A stretch of DNA of 64,000 bases. Origin: Entomortierella parvispora E1425. Lineage: Eukaryota > Fungi > Mortierellomycota. The position numbers were made by a program, and so were the translations under genes. A model generated the notes under the pieces. The model was given only the letters and a program-made list of their open reading frames with translations. It ran no database searches and was not told the DNA's origin. The stretch is taken from contig BQFW01000004.1 of the NCBI GenBank assembly GCA_020891255.1, forward strand, positions 620,001-684,000. Direction: 5' to 3'. This document shows, piece by piece, positions 1-10,581 of this stretch (positions are counted from its first letter, which is position 1; the number at the start of each line of letters is the position of its first letter).

Positions 1-3000
1 TCTTCGACCATCGTTCTGCTGGAGGCTGTGGATGCTTTCAAAAGTGTGCGAACCTACACCCCTCTATCATGCGCGTCGTGTACACCTGTCTATACTGCCA
101 CACCCTCTCCTACCGCGGAATTATCTTTGAATCCTATCGCCAAGTTCCGGGATCATAAAAGGGCTCGACATACCAAAGACAAGGGCATTGTCAATGTTGT
201 GGTTGGAAAGAAATGCATCAGAGAAAGATGGTACGTTGAATTGATATTGAGACACTGCTCTGAGCCCCCAGCACATCTTACTAATCCGCCAATTGTAACA
301 ACCTTAGCGAGATCGTACTCCGAGGACTTGTGAAGGCCGCCGCACAGACAGCCTTTGACACGGCCATGAAAGGCAAGATTGCGTGCCCGCCCGACCTGTC
401 TTTATTGATGGAGCAGAAGTTTCCAGCCTTAGAGAAGAGGGAACTGGGGCGCAATCGGGTTCCGCCACACATTGTTCAGGAAGCTGTGCGGGATATGGAG
501 CTTAAGACTGGCCAGCCCGTGGGATCTGTTACGACTCAAGCCTTTAAAGCCAGACTCTGCGAAGAGAACTCTGACTTTTCATCGATAAAAGTATATTTGG
601 AAACTGCCGAAGAGAAACTTCGACAGATTTGGGACGGTTATGTGCTGGAACACCAACACAATGGCACTCAGGCATCCGTTGTAGCCCCAGCAAGCACCTC
701 ATCGTCCCCCTCATCAGGCAGCATTCAGAACTCTGAACCATCAAAGGAGGGAGCCGACGAGGAGCAAGAGCTGCGTATGTGCGATGTATCCCTTGGAAAG
801 ATCCTCCGGCCAGGAATGTACAAAGAAGCTGAAAGGATACTTACGGACAAGCAGACAAGAGTCTCCAACTATATCGACGAAGTGCAAGTTGCACTCCGGA
901 AAGCGGCAATAGTGGTAAGAGACTGGCGGCTTGCTCTATTATCTCGTCATGTTACTTATTGGTTTATTTCTTTGCTTGACCAAACTATAGACATGTCAGG
1001 GACTTTTGCACACGCAGTCGGAAAACGTCGATTTGAAGTCGTTCCTTCCGAAAGATTTTAAAATAAGGGATCTTTCTCTCGAGAAGAACCCGGTCGTATC
1101 GATAGGAATTGTCTCCAGCACTTTTATGACAAAGTTTGTGAAGACAAAAGACCACGACAGCGATATCGACTCCGACCTCCTCAACCTCTTTGATCAGGCA
1201 ACCATCCAACATCTTTCTTCGAGACTTATTTCAACAGCCTCGGCTTCCGAGCCCCCGCCCAAAAAGCAAAAGCTGGACAGTGGGGATATTGCTCCTGCTG
1301 ATGATGAAAATGACGAGGAGGAAGATAACCAGGAAGATGATGGAGACGACAATACTGAGGTCAAGGATGTCGGTGGTGCAAAGACCAGTAAGGGAAGGGT
1401 CCATCCAGCTTGGGACACATTGGCGTCTATTGTACAGCAAACCACAACCACCACCATCGACCACACTAAAGCGCCGCAAGGGATGGGCCAGGTGAAAAAC
1501 GAGATGATCCGGACCATGGCGACAAATATGAAAAACATTTGGAGCGGGGACATTTATGGTCACGTCAAGAAGGCAGTCGTTCGATACCTTGTCAGGATCC
1601 ATCTTCGCCCTTTGAGTGAGAAGTGGTTTAGAGAGTATAAACAAAAAATGGCCGAAGAAAAGAGAAAGGAAGCCAAGCGACGAAAGTCGATACCAAGATC
1701 CAGACACAAACAGGCGAGAAGGAGGCATCGCAGCCTGCTGAATCAGCTTGACCACACAATCCACAAGTGTGAACTGCACTGGTCAGGATCGACACTCTAC
1801 GTGCGGGATCAGGAGTCTGAAGCTACCGATGTGGAAGTCGAACATCCTTCGCTTTCCGACGGCATGGTCTCTTTGACCCCAAGCTCCCGTGTCTCTAGAG
1901 TCCAGAAGCTGCTCTATTTGATCGGGAACGGACCACTTCCTTTCAACGCCGAGTCAGCTGCTGCTCCCACCGAGGGAGGCCACGATCTCTTGGACGCAGA
2001 GGGGATCGACGACCAGGACGATGAGGTTGGCTTTGAGTTAGATGGGATCGACTGCCAGGAGGAAGATGGCAGTGGGGCAGACGAGTTCTACGACCAGGAC
2101 GATGAGGATGGCTTCGACGAAGTTGTTGCTGAGTTGGAGGTCAGTGAGACAGTAAACGAGCAACAGGCCAAGCAAGGTACAGTGATGGTGTGTGGCCACT
2201 GCATTTGTACTCGGTGAGTAGAGTATTAACACGTTCATTCATCTCATGATAGCGCGAAAAGCTGAGCCTACATCGAAGCACGTGAAGGGGTTGGAAGTAG
2301 TCATTTGCAAACTGCTGGACCTGTCAGAAGCGGATCTTCCGACCGTGATCACGGACGATGACTTCCACGCTTACTTGTTCACGGGCCACAAGTTCCTGCA
2401 TGACGAGATCAAAGTTGCGGCAGGAATTGTCAACCTGCTTCGCCCATTTGCCCCGAGGAAAGACAAATCTGGCCATATTCCACGGCACATACTGGCAACG
2501 GGACCATTCGTCTACTTGGCAAATCTACTTTTACGAGCAATGGGATTTCAAGATTTCACCAGAGAGATTTCTCCCATCTCGTCTGCGGGTAGCATCCATG
2601 CCATTCCTTTAGGATCGATAGGATTGACACAAGTCCTATGTTGTCCTGACAAGGGACACTTTGACGTCCACAGCCAGCGAGGAGAGTTACTTTCCAAACC
2701 AGAGCTAGCAGTCGATCATTCCTCTCTGATCTTTGCCGCGTTCTTCAAAATGGAAACAGTAAATTCCATTTGCAAAGCACATGGACTCGAGTTTGCGAAC
2801 AGGTAAGCGATGCAGAGGTGGTGAAGAGAGGCATGGTACATACAGAGCATTTTTTTCTAACGCACCTCATTTTCTATCGAACTTTAAAACGATCGTAGGA
2901 TGATGTTTGTTGACCACCAGACTGTACGGATCCTGGGGCGTAAAACAAAACTAGGCGCACCTTCGGACTTGACGAAAAAGAAAGGAGGCAAAAAGGCTAC

Positions 3001-4843
3001 AAGGAAGAACTGGCAACCATCGGATGCAGACCTCCGACAGTTGAAATTGGAAGAGTCCAAGTTGGACAAGTCTACGGCCAAGGAACGAGCGGCAGAGTTG
3101 GGAGAAGCGATTAAGGACAGCGAAATTGACATGAAGGGTCTAAATCGCCAAGCAGCAAAACTAGAGCTATCGGTTAAAAAATACAAATCAGAACTCCAGC
3201 GGCTCAAAGGAGACGATCACATGGCCGACGAAAGCGCAGAGGTCGAGGACTGTTTGAACAAGGATCGGCAAGAGCTCTACGACATACGACGTCAAATTAT
3301 TCCGCAAAAAGTTGCCCTCAAAAGTTTGCGGCAGAAGAAGTACGACTACGACCGATACAGCAAATCCTCCTTGTCAGCACCGTCAAAAAAGAAGGACAGG
3401 GAGCAACCTGACGCTCCAACTATGACCACCCCAACTTTGAGCCGACCGGGCTGTATGAACAAGACCGAGTCCGTTGATATCAGCACACTTCTACGCGATA
3501 TTGACGCCAATAATGCAGATCCAACGGCACGCAAAGTGCAACTTGTACCGGGGGGAACGGACCCAGGGTCCCACATACTTTTTAACACCGTCCCAGTCCC
3601 AATGGCTTCGCTCATCAAACTTCAGAACAGATTTGAGGTCTTGGCGGATGGAAAGGACCCGGACGATGGACTGCCGTCACTTGAGAGTATGAAGTTCCCT
3701 GATGCGCACCAGACAACCACTCAGCAGCTACGCCACCATGCTGGATTGAATAAGAGGGCAAAGAAACGACGTCGCTTGATTTCATCCAACAGAGCCGTGT
3801 CAGACGCCCATTCTCTGCTGGCCGAGAACTCCATTAAAAAAGCGCATTGCATCCAGGACGTTGAGAAGGCCCAGACAATCCGGAGAGAGACTCGCACGAC
3901 TCTTCAAGGCTTTGAACAGTCAAGAAAAATGAAGAACAGCCGCCGAAGAGGAGAACTCGAGCTGAAACGCACATATGACAGGGCAGCTGCTGAAGAGAGG
4001 AAAGCGTTCGGGAAGCAACCTTGCGGTAAGTCGTGCAACTTGCAACTTTAGTCTTTAGTCTTGATTTTTTTTTTTTTTTTTTTTTGTGAGATACAACGAC
4101 AGACGACATCGTACTAATTGCAAACTTTTCTGAAAATAGGTGAAGATGCGTTCACGAAAAAGCTAGAGAAGAACGGACAGTGCACCTCTTGCAATACACA
4201 CCACCGACCCGAGCTTGTCCCAGATCCACAAGACCCCTCCAAACGTCGCCTAGTCCTGAAGCACGTTACCGATTGTCCGAAGACCAAGCCCAGAGTAATA
4301 CCCTTGTTCTTACACGGCGCCGCTGGTTCTGGCATAGGCTCCCGTCTGAAGGGTCGCGCTAAAATGGGTGGTAGTAAAATCCCTCAGAGGCACATGTGCT
4401 CCTCTCCGGTTTGCAAGACCAACGAACATCTTTCTTCACAGACGTGCCCGCTATGCTTTCAGCTGCTTCGACTTGCAAGAGGGAGACGGTGGCGAAGAGG
4501 CATCCACAAGCTGGTCCGGCTACATGGGGCAGTCGAGTGTTTTAATCCAGATTGTGCTGCATTCAGGCGCGGATACACACAGAGAGGAAGAGACACGAAC
4601 GCATCGATGAACATTGCTTTGGCAGGATTTTCGCTCCTGCTCTCACCAGAACGCCGCCCAATCGCGCCGTTCGACCCACAGGCCCCCGCTTGGGCGTGCC
4701 CAACAACAACAGACACCAGTGCATCACCAGCTGGATACCAAAAACTTTCCCCTCGCATCGAAGCAGATGCCGAAGCGGACGCGGATATCTGTCCGAGTTA
4801 TGTAAGTACTCTAAGATCAAATTGCTTTCTGGCCCTATTATAA
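1..4843 (+). CDS. Fanzor1-like (TnpB/IS200-IS605-derived) RuvC nuclease, intron-containing, 5' end outside window, >=1467 aa
   Basis: Exons <1-230, 308-914, 991-2176, 2253-2802, 2899-4025 and 4140-4843 are joined by GT..AG introns (77, 76, 76, 96, 114 nt), and every junction keeps the frame. Motifs: RuvC-I GGTDPG (D at 3560-3562), GAAGSGIGSRLKG, RuvC-II TNEHLSSQTCPLC (E at 4424-4426), GAVECFNPDC, RuvC-III RDTNASMNIA (D at 4592-4594). This is the motif order of TnpB/Fanzor. Confidence 0.85.
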
Positions 4844-4954
4844 TTGTTAGCCCGAGTTCAAATCGACCCACTTACTTTGTTTACGCTTCCATTTTATGCT
4901 GACAGACACTGTAAGAAGTCACCGAAGTTCATGATTCACCGCGTTTCACCCCGC

Positions 4955-5075
4955 GAATCTCGGGACTCCACTTTGTTATCAGTCGTGTGGGCGGTCTCCG
5001 TCGTTTGACTACCCGGCTGTCGGAGTAGGCTATGTCATACCCCTGTCGAGGGATCAGAAAGGTGGAGGTTGATTC
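4955..5075 (+). ncRNA. Candidate omegaRNA-like structured RNA downstream of the Fanzor-like gene
   Basis: Hand-found closing helix (GAATC 4955-4959 with GATTC 5071-5075; CTCCACTTT 4966-4974 with AAAGGTGGAG 5058-5067) enclosing hairpins at 4981-5010, 5009-5028 and 5041-5052. The position 3' of the ORF matches known TnpB/Fanzor omegaRNAs. There is no expression evidence. Confidence 0.35.
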
Positions 5076-5547
5076 TTTGTGAGCAGCGGACCATGGACTG
5101 GGCACGATCGAATGTGGATCCACTTTTTTTTCTCTTTTGCTCTCTCCGTTCTTTTTGGTGGCGCTAAGCTCGATTTCGAAATGCAAAGAAGGAAGGAAGG
5201 GAGCAAGCAAACAACGCCTGGATCCTGGACCATGAACCAGGTACAGCTTGTTCCAAGAGACGCGTCCTTGTGCGCGTGTGCAACGCATGGCCCCGAGGGA
5301 AAGAGAAAAAGGAGAGACGGAAGCAGCACCATGGACATGTGACCTGTCATCCTTCTTCGGCGAAGCTTTGACACGGTGGCACAAAAAAGCGCCATCTTAA
5401 GAGGATCACTGCGCGATTCACTTTACATTTTCCCACCCTCCCATCACCTCTTCTTCTTCTTCTTCTTCTTCAGCTCATTACTTCTCAACCACACTCCAAT
5501 CACCCTCCACTTACACCTCCACCTTTTCATTCATATACCCTCCCACA

Positions 5548-6396
5548 ATGATTGCCCTTCCTATCAACTTTGGCAAATGGATTGAGGAGCATGCTGACAA
5601 GTTGCAGCCTCCCGTCAACAATTACCTCGTTCAGCGCGGTGACTTCATCATCATGGCCGTCGGTGGACCCAATGCCCGCACTGACTACCATGTCAACGAG
5701 ACTGAGGTACGTGAGAAAAAGTCATAGTTTTTTTTTTTTTTTGCATGCCTCTCATTGTCTCTGTTTGTAGCTTGACACACTTTGGAAAGAATACTGACTT
5801 GGCTCTCTCTTGTTTTTCTGTCTGCTTAGGAATGGTTTTACCAGTACAAGGGCGACATGCTCCTCAAGGTTGTAGACAACGGCGAGTTCAAGGACATCCC
5901 TATCAAGGAAGGAGAGATGTTCCTGTTGCCAGGCAAGTCGGAACTGATATTTCGACTAAACTCTTGTCGCTATCCGTCATGGAATTCACGCTCATCGTTC
6001 CTTCTTTTCATATCTCTCTCCTATCAACATTTGACGTTTAGCCTGCACTCCTCACAACCCTGTCCGCTTTGAGAACACTGTCGGCATTGTCATTGAGAAG
6101 CAAAGACCTGCGGAAGCCTTGGGTAATGTTTCTTCCGAGATACATGGTTTTCATAAAATGCGAATACAGTTTACTAACCTTTCCGTCCTTCCCCTCTCGC
6201 TCTCTTTCTCGCTCTCATCCTCTTCTAAAAAGATCGTCTCCGTTGGTACTGCGACAAGTGCAAGGAGATCGTCTACGAGGAATCTTTCCACTGCGTCGAT
6301 CTTGGCAAGCAGTTGGCGCCCGTCATTAACCGCTACGCATCTGATATCTCGTTGCGCAAGTGCAAGGCCTGCGGTCACACCAACGCTGCGAAGTAG
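5548..6396 (+). CDS. BNA1: 3-hydroxyanthranilate 3,4-dioxygenase (kynurenine pathway)
   Basis: Exons 5548-5706, 5830-5932, 6042-6122, 6233-6396. Translation [65 protein letters not shown] carries the HAAO cupin and rubredoxin-like CxxC motifs. Intron 2 is GC-AG. Confidence 0.97.
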
Positions 6397-9314
6397 AGGA
6401 TCCCAGAAGAGAATAAATAGTGTCACGCAGAGGCTAGTGCTGCCTCCCCACAACTTACCATCTTGACTTGCCGCCCTGTAGTTCTTTCCGTTTCTGTGGT
6501 CAGATGATCGAATAGAAAAAGTCACCTCCCGCACGCAAGCTCTTGCACGCTGCGTTACAGCTCATTGAGGAGCGTCGATCCCCAGCACCCTATATCATAA
6601 AATCAAAGATCTATGGTTTTTGCCCTACTCGTCGAGAAACGTCCAGCTCCTCCGGCGCAAATCACGAACCTTTAGGTGACCTCGACTTTGAACATCAATG
6701 CCGACCAAGTCAGCGCCCATATCCGGGACCGGGCGCGTTGACTTTCTCTCAGCAGAGAGCATCGATCTGGATTGGACTCGGTCAGAAACGTTCCTCCTGC
6801 CGTCGCTCGCACCTTCACTTGCCGCATTCGTAGATATATACGTACCTTGTGAATCACGTTTTGACCCTCGGGTTGGAGGCGACCATATCTTGGAAACTCA
6901 CCTTCAATCTCTTGAGGCTGTTGCTGGTTGGAACCTCCATGCAACTATGGGATGAAAAGACAGAAAGAGTCAATAGCATGTCTCTGTGACAACATAGCCG
7001 GAACAACCAACAAGGAGCTCCATACGCACCACTCTATTGTTCTGCAATCCTCTCCTCGAGATGGCACCTCTCTGTTGTTGCGGTCCCATTGAAGTGGTTC
7101 AAAATGTTGGATTTGTTTTCGACAGTATCACCACTTCGGTTACAACAGAGACTATCTTGTGGGGTAGTGAGAAAGTGTGCCTTGAGACTTTTCAGTTGCT
7201 TGTCCACGACGGTCGTTCTGTTCTTTGTTGTTGTTCTCAGACAAACGTTGCACCTTATTCTCTTGTCTCTCTGAACAACTCCAACGAAGTCTCAAAATCT
7301 TCATCAGGAGACAAGTTGGCGATACTCTGGGTGAGCAGTGCCTCCATGATGCTGAAGTCATTTTGGTAAGGGGAAAAATCTATATGGTTTGGGGTGAGCG
7401 TGGGAGTAGAAAAGACAATTGAAAGTCGTGCAGGGCAAAGGTGAGGCGCGTCCTGCACCTTTTGAAATCAGGGCAGCAGCAAATGAAGCGAAGAGCGGCG
7501 GCCAACTGGACACAAAGCACACTCAGAAGGGAGAACGAGCATGTGCAATCCACCTAAGACAAAGGAAGCGAGCTCGTGCAAAAGACGCAAGAGCAAAAAA
7601 AAAGGACAACGCGGTGTGCAAAATCGTTGCAGCAGAAGGAGGGGGGTGGGAAGGGAGTGGCAACAAGTGGCAGACAAAAAAAATAAAAAATAAAAAATAA
7701 TTTGAATAAAACTATTCGGGGTATTTACGTATCGAATAAACACTGGCGAATGAAGCAAAGCGCCAAAAAGCAAGGCACCGACGAAGAAGATTGGAAATTG
7801 AGGGCGCTGGGTGAGGTGCGGACAGAACGTGGGATATGGAGCAAAGACTTTGGCACACACTCTCAGACAACACATCCCCGACAACTCGTCGCGAAGTGCA
7901 GCAGCAGAAACTATATAGACCTGGACCTGAATCAGTCAAGGTCAGGGTGCGTTTGGTGAATAGGAAAGGACGGTACAGCGTGCAGGGTATCTACACTTTT
8001 TCTATCGACATCCACAAAAAGGAAAAGAAAGATGAAGGGAAAAAGAAACAAAAAAAAACATGCCCGAACCCACAGCGATTCTACTCAAAGTTGGGGAACA
8101 ACTGAACCGCCAAAGGTCAGCTCTGACCTTGAGATGACCATGTGCCTATGAGGATGGTACACTCACCCCGATACCAACAGGCAACCTCCATCTCTTCTAG
8201 GCCCTGCTGCTGATGATTTAGCGTGAAAACATAAAAAAAAAAATGGCGGATTGGACGAAAGAGGAAGTTGGGAGTTGGGACTCTGGATTCCTCCCACGCC
8301 CTCCACGCCACGTCAAGGAGCAAAGGAGCAGAAAAGCCCAATTGAATCCAGCACAAACTCAGCCTGACGCCCTAGCAAACCACACCAGTCACTGCTCGCG
8401 TAGCTATCTCGCCCAGCCATGATGGCTGCTGAGAAAATAGAAAATCCCTCAATGGCCAAGAATGGTGGACAACTTAAGAGGAACCAATGTTCCTCTTAAG
8501 TTGTCCACCAATCCTCTCCCCTCCACTCCGATAAAAATACCAACGGCCGCTTCGTCCTCATCATCGGGCCAAACCCTGATTCTCATTCTCTCTCTGGATT
8601 CCAACTGGTCTTCCCAGAAGCCCACCATTGAGTACATGTACGTACTGTACCGCCACCACAGCCAGCAGCAAAGTTACAAAAGAGTCTGGACCCTTTTTCC
8701 AACTCCCAGTCTGTTTTCGAATCCCGCCCTGCATCTCCCCCTCCCCTCCTTACTTTTGAATCCCGCAGGGTGAAAAAGTTTTTTTTTCTTTCCGAAGCGC
8801 GTCGTTGATCTCTCGCGTGGGAGGAAAGGAAGAATGCTGACAATACCTGCAGCAGGATCAAACTTTTTTTCCTTCCCTGACTTTGATCATGGTTCCTGCT
8901 TTCAGCCTGACCTTGCTTTTTTCCCGTTCCAATGGTCAACAACCACAAAAAATTGCAGATCAGAAGGTGTTGGCTTTAATTCAGCAAGGGCTATTTTACA
9001 TGGTGAACAAATATTTACAGAGAGAAAACAGAGTTGGGGGGGGGAGAGAACCAAAAGATTCCTGTGAATAAGGACAAGGGTACAGTTACAGATAGAAGGG
9101 GTGAGAAGAGACTATGGTACAAAGGAAAGGGAAACAAAAGAGAATGCCGCGAAGGAAACATAAAAAAAACAGGCAGGGACAAGCCGAGCGTGAGCTTTTG
9201 TTCCTTTGGGCTTCACATGGGCACATCGTGTAGGTGCACGTTTGTTTTGTCCCAAGAAGTGTTGATACAGAAAGAGATAAGAACGAAAGAAAAAAAAAGA
9301 GGATATATCGGGTA

Positions 9315-10352
9315 TTACATGCGACGAGTGCGACGGCCATCCGCCATCACTCCGCAGGAGCTGGTCTCGGCATAGTGGCGAGTCCATTGACCGGCCTGCT
9401 GGGTGCACCAGCTGTCAACGCGGCGGTCGCATTGAGCGATACGCATCAGCGACAGTTGCGCCTTGGAGGGCTGGGCAGACTCGGCAATAGTGGACAGCGT
9501 TGGTCTGGAAGATCTTAAGGAGCCCTCCCCTGCAGCTGCATCTTCAATTGCTGCAGGAAAAGAAGGTACAGAAGAAGAGGCAACCATGCGCCTTTCATTC
9601 TCCGATGCGGAGGGAAGAGTCGAGATCGAACGCCGACCTTGGAGCGAAGGGGAAAAGCGAAGATCCGAGTTGGCCGAGGTCGAAAAGGAGGTATACGAGG
9701 ACGAGCCCTGGGGGTGAACGCGCGCCATCGACGACGAGGACGAGGACGAGATCGAGAAGCGATTGCTGTTGTTTTGGTGAGGGTTATCGTATCCAATCAT
9801 CATATCGTCGTCCATGTATTCGTAGTATTGGCCATGATTCGCATGGTTGCGCTGGTTCTGTCGCCGGGTTTGGTGGCGATGATAGCTATATGTGGATTTG
9901 CTGTTGCTGACTGAGGCAGATCGTCTCATATGTGGTTGCTGCTGTTGTTGCTGCTGTTGGTACTGGTACTGTCTCGTTGGATAATACCCATTGTTTTGGG
10001 ATCGCCGAGACGAAGCCGAGGTGGTAGATGTCGGAGACGAGTTTGTGGGGGAGGAGCTCAGCGAGGGAGGAGTGGAATAAGGAAGCGAGGCACTGTCGGT
10101 GGAGTGGAGGTTGTGTTGGTAGTGGGGGTTGAACGAGTGTCGATCATCGCAAGGGAACAGCTCCTGGATAGCCTCTTTTTGAAGCAAGGCCGCGTTCGAG
10201 TCGCTGTAGTACCGCTGATGCGAGTAGTTGTTGTTGACAACGACGACCGAGGCGGGGATAGGGGTATGGGGGTCGTCGGTGTGGTCGCCGTCCTTTGACA
10301 AGACACGGACACGGTTGCTGATGAACTCGTACAGGGTGTTGAAGCTGCCCAT
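9315..10352 (-). CDS. Hypothetical low-complexity Ser/Gln-rich protein (345 aa)
   Basis: Uninterrupted ORF from ATG 10352 (MGSFNTLYEFISNR..). The ORF-track extension upstream runs through a CT microsatellite and is probably UTR. No recognisable domain. Confidence 0.6.
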   Translation of the reverse strand: MGSFNTLYEFISNRVRVLSKDGDHTDDPHTPIPASVVVVNNNYSHQRYYSDSNAALLQKEAIQELFPCDDRHSFNPHYQHNLHSTDSASLPYSTPPSLSSSPTNSSPTSTTSASSRRSQNNGYYPTRQYQYQQQQQQQQPHMRRSASVSNSKSTYSYHRHQTRRQNQRNHANHGQYYEYMDDDMMIGYDNPHQNNSNRFSISSSSSSSMARVHPQGSSSYTSFSTSANSDLRFSPSLQGRRSISTLPSASENERRMVASSSVPSFPAAIEDAAAGEGSLRSSRPTLSTIAESAQPSKAQLSLMRIAQCDRRVDSWCTQQAGQWTRHYAETSSCGVMADGRRTRRM

Positions 10353-10461
10353 GGTGAAAGTGCAAACGCGCGTTGTGCTTGGGAAGGAGCTGGGTGTGAT
10401 TTTTTGTTCAGAGGAGTGAGAATGTGGTGGGAAAGAAAAGAAGAGAAGAAAGATAGGCGTT

Positions 10462-10541
10462 GAGTGGAGAGTGGAGAGAGGAGAGTGGAGAGAGGAGAGA
10501 GGAGAGAGGAGAGGAGAGGAGAGAGTAGAGAGAGTAGAGAG

Positions 10542-10580
<39 letters not shown>
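10462..10580. repeat. Polypurine GA/GGA/GTA microsatellite tract
   Basis: Continuous GAGTGGA/GAGAG/GAGTAGA repeats ending in (GA)n, ~110 nt upstream of the ATG at 10352. Confidence 0.9.

Positions 10581-10581
<1 letters not shown>

Noticed and set aside
4854-4864. B-box-like GAGTTCAAATC after the Fanzor stop as a tRNA or Pol III promoter
   Set aside because: Only 3 bp of T-stem, no cloverleaf and no convincing A-box; a short motif expected by chance.
4843-5547. Helitron 3' end or TIR marking the Fanzor element boundary
   Set aside because: No CTRR terminus after a hairpin was found, and the left end is outside the window, so TIR/TSD cannot be tested.
6545-7361. Minus-strand intron-containing gene (MEALLTQSIANLSPDEDF.., vaguely Spc24-like)
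   Set aside because: Splice-like signals exist (GTGCGT..CCATAG) but no exon combination gave an open frame without assuming several indels. It may be a pseudogene or an error-ridden gene, and cannot be named.
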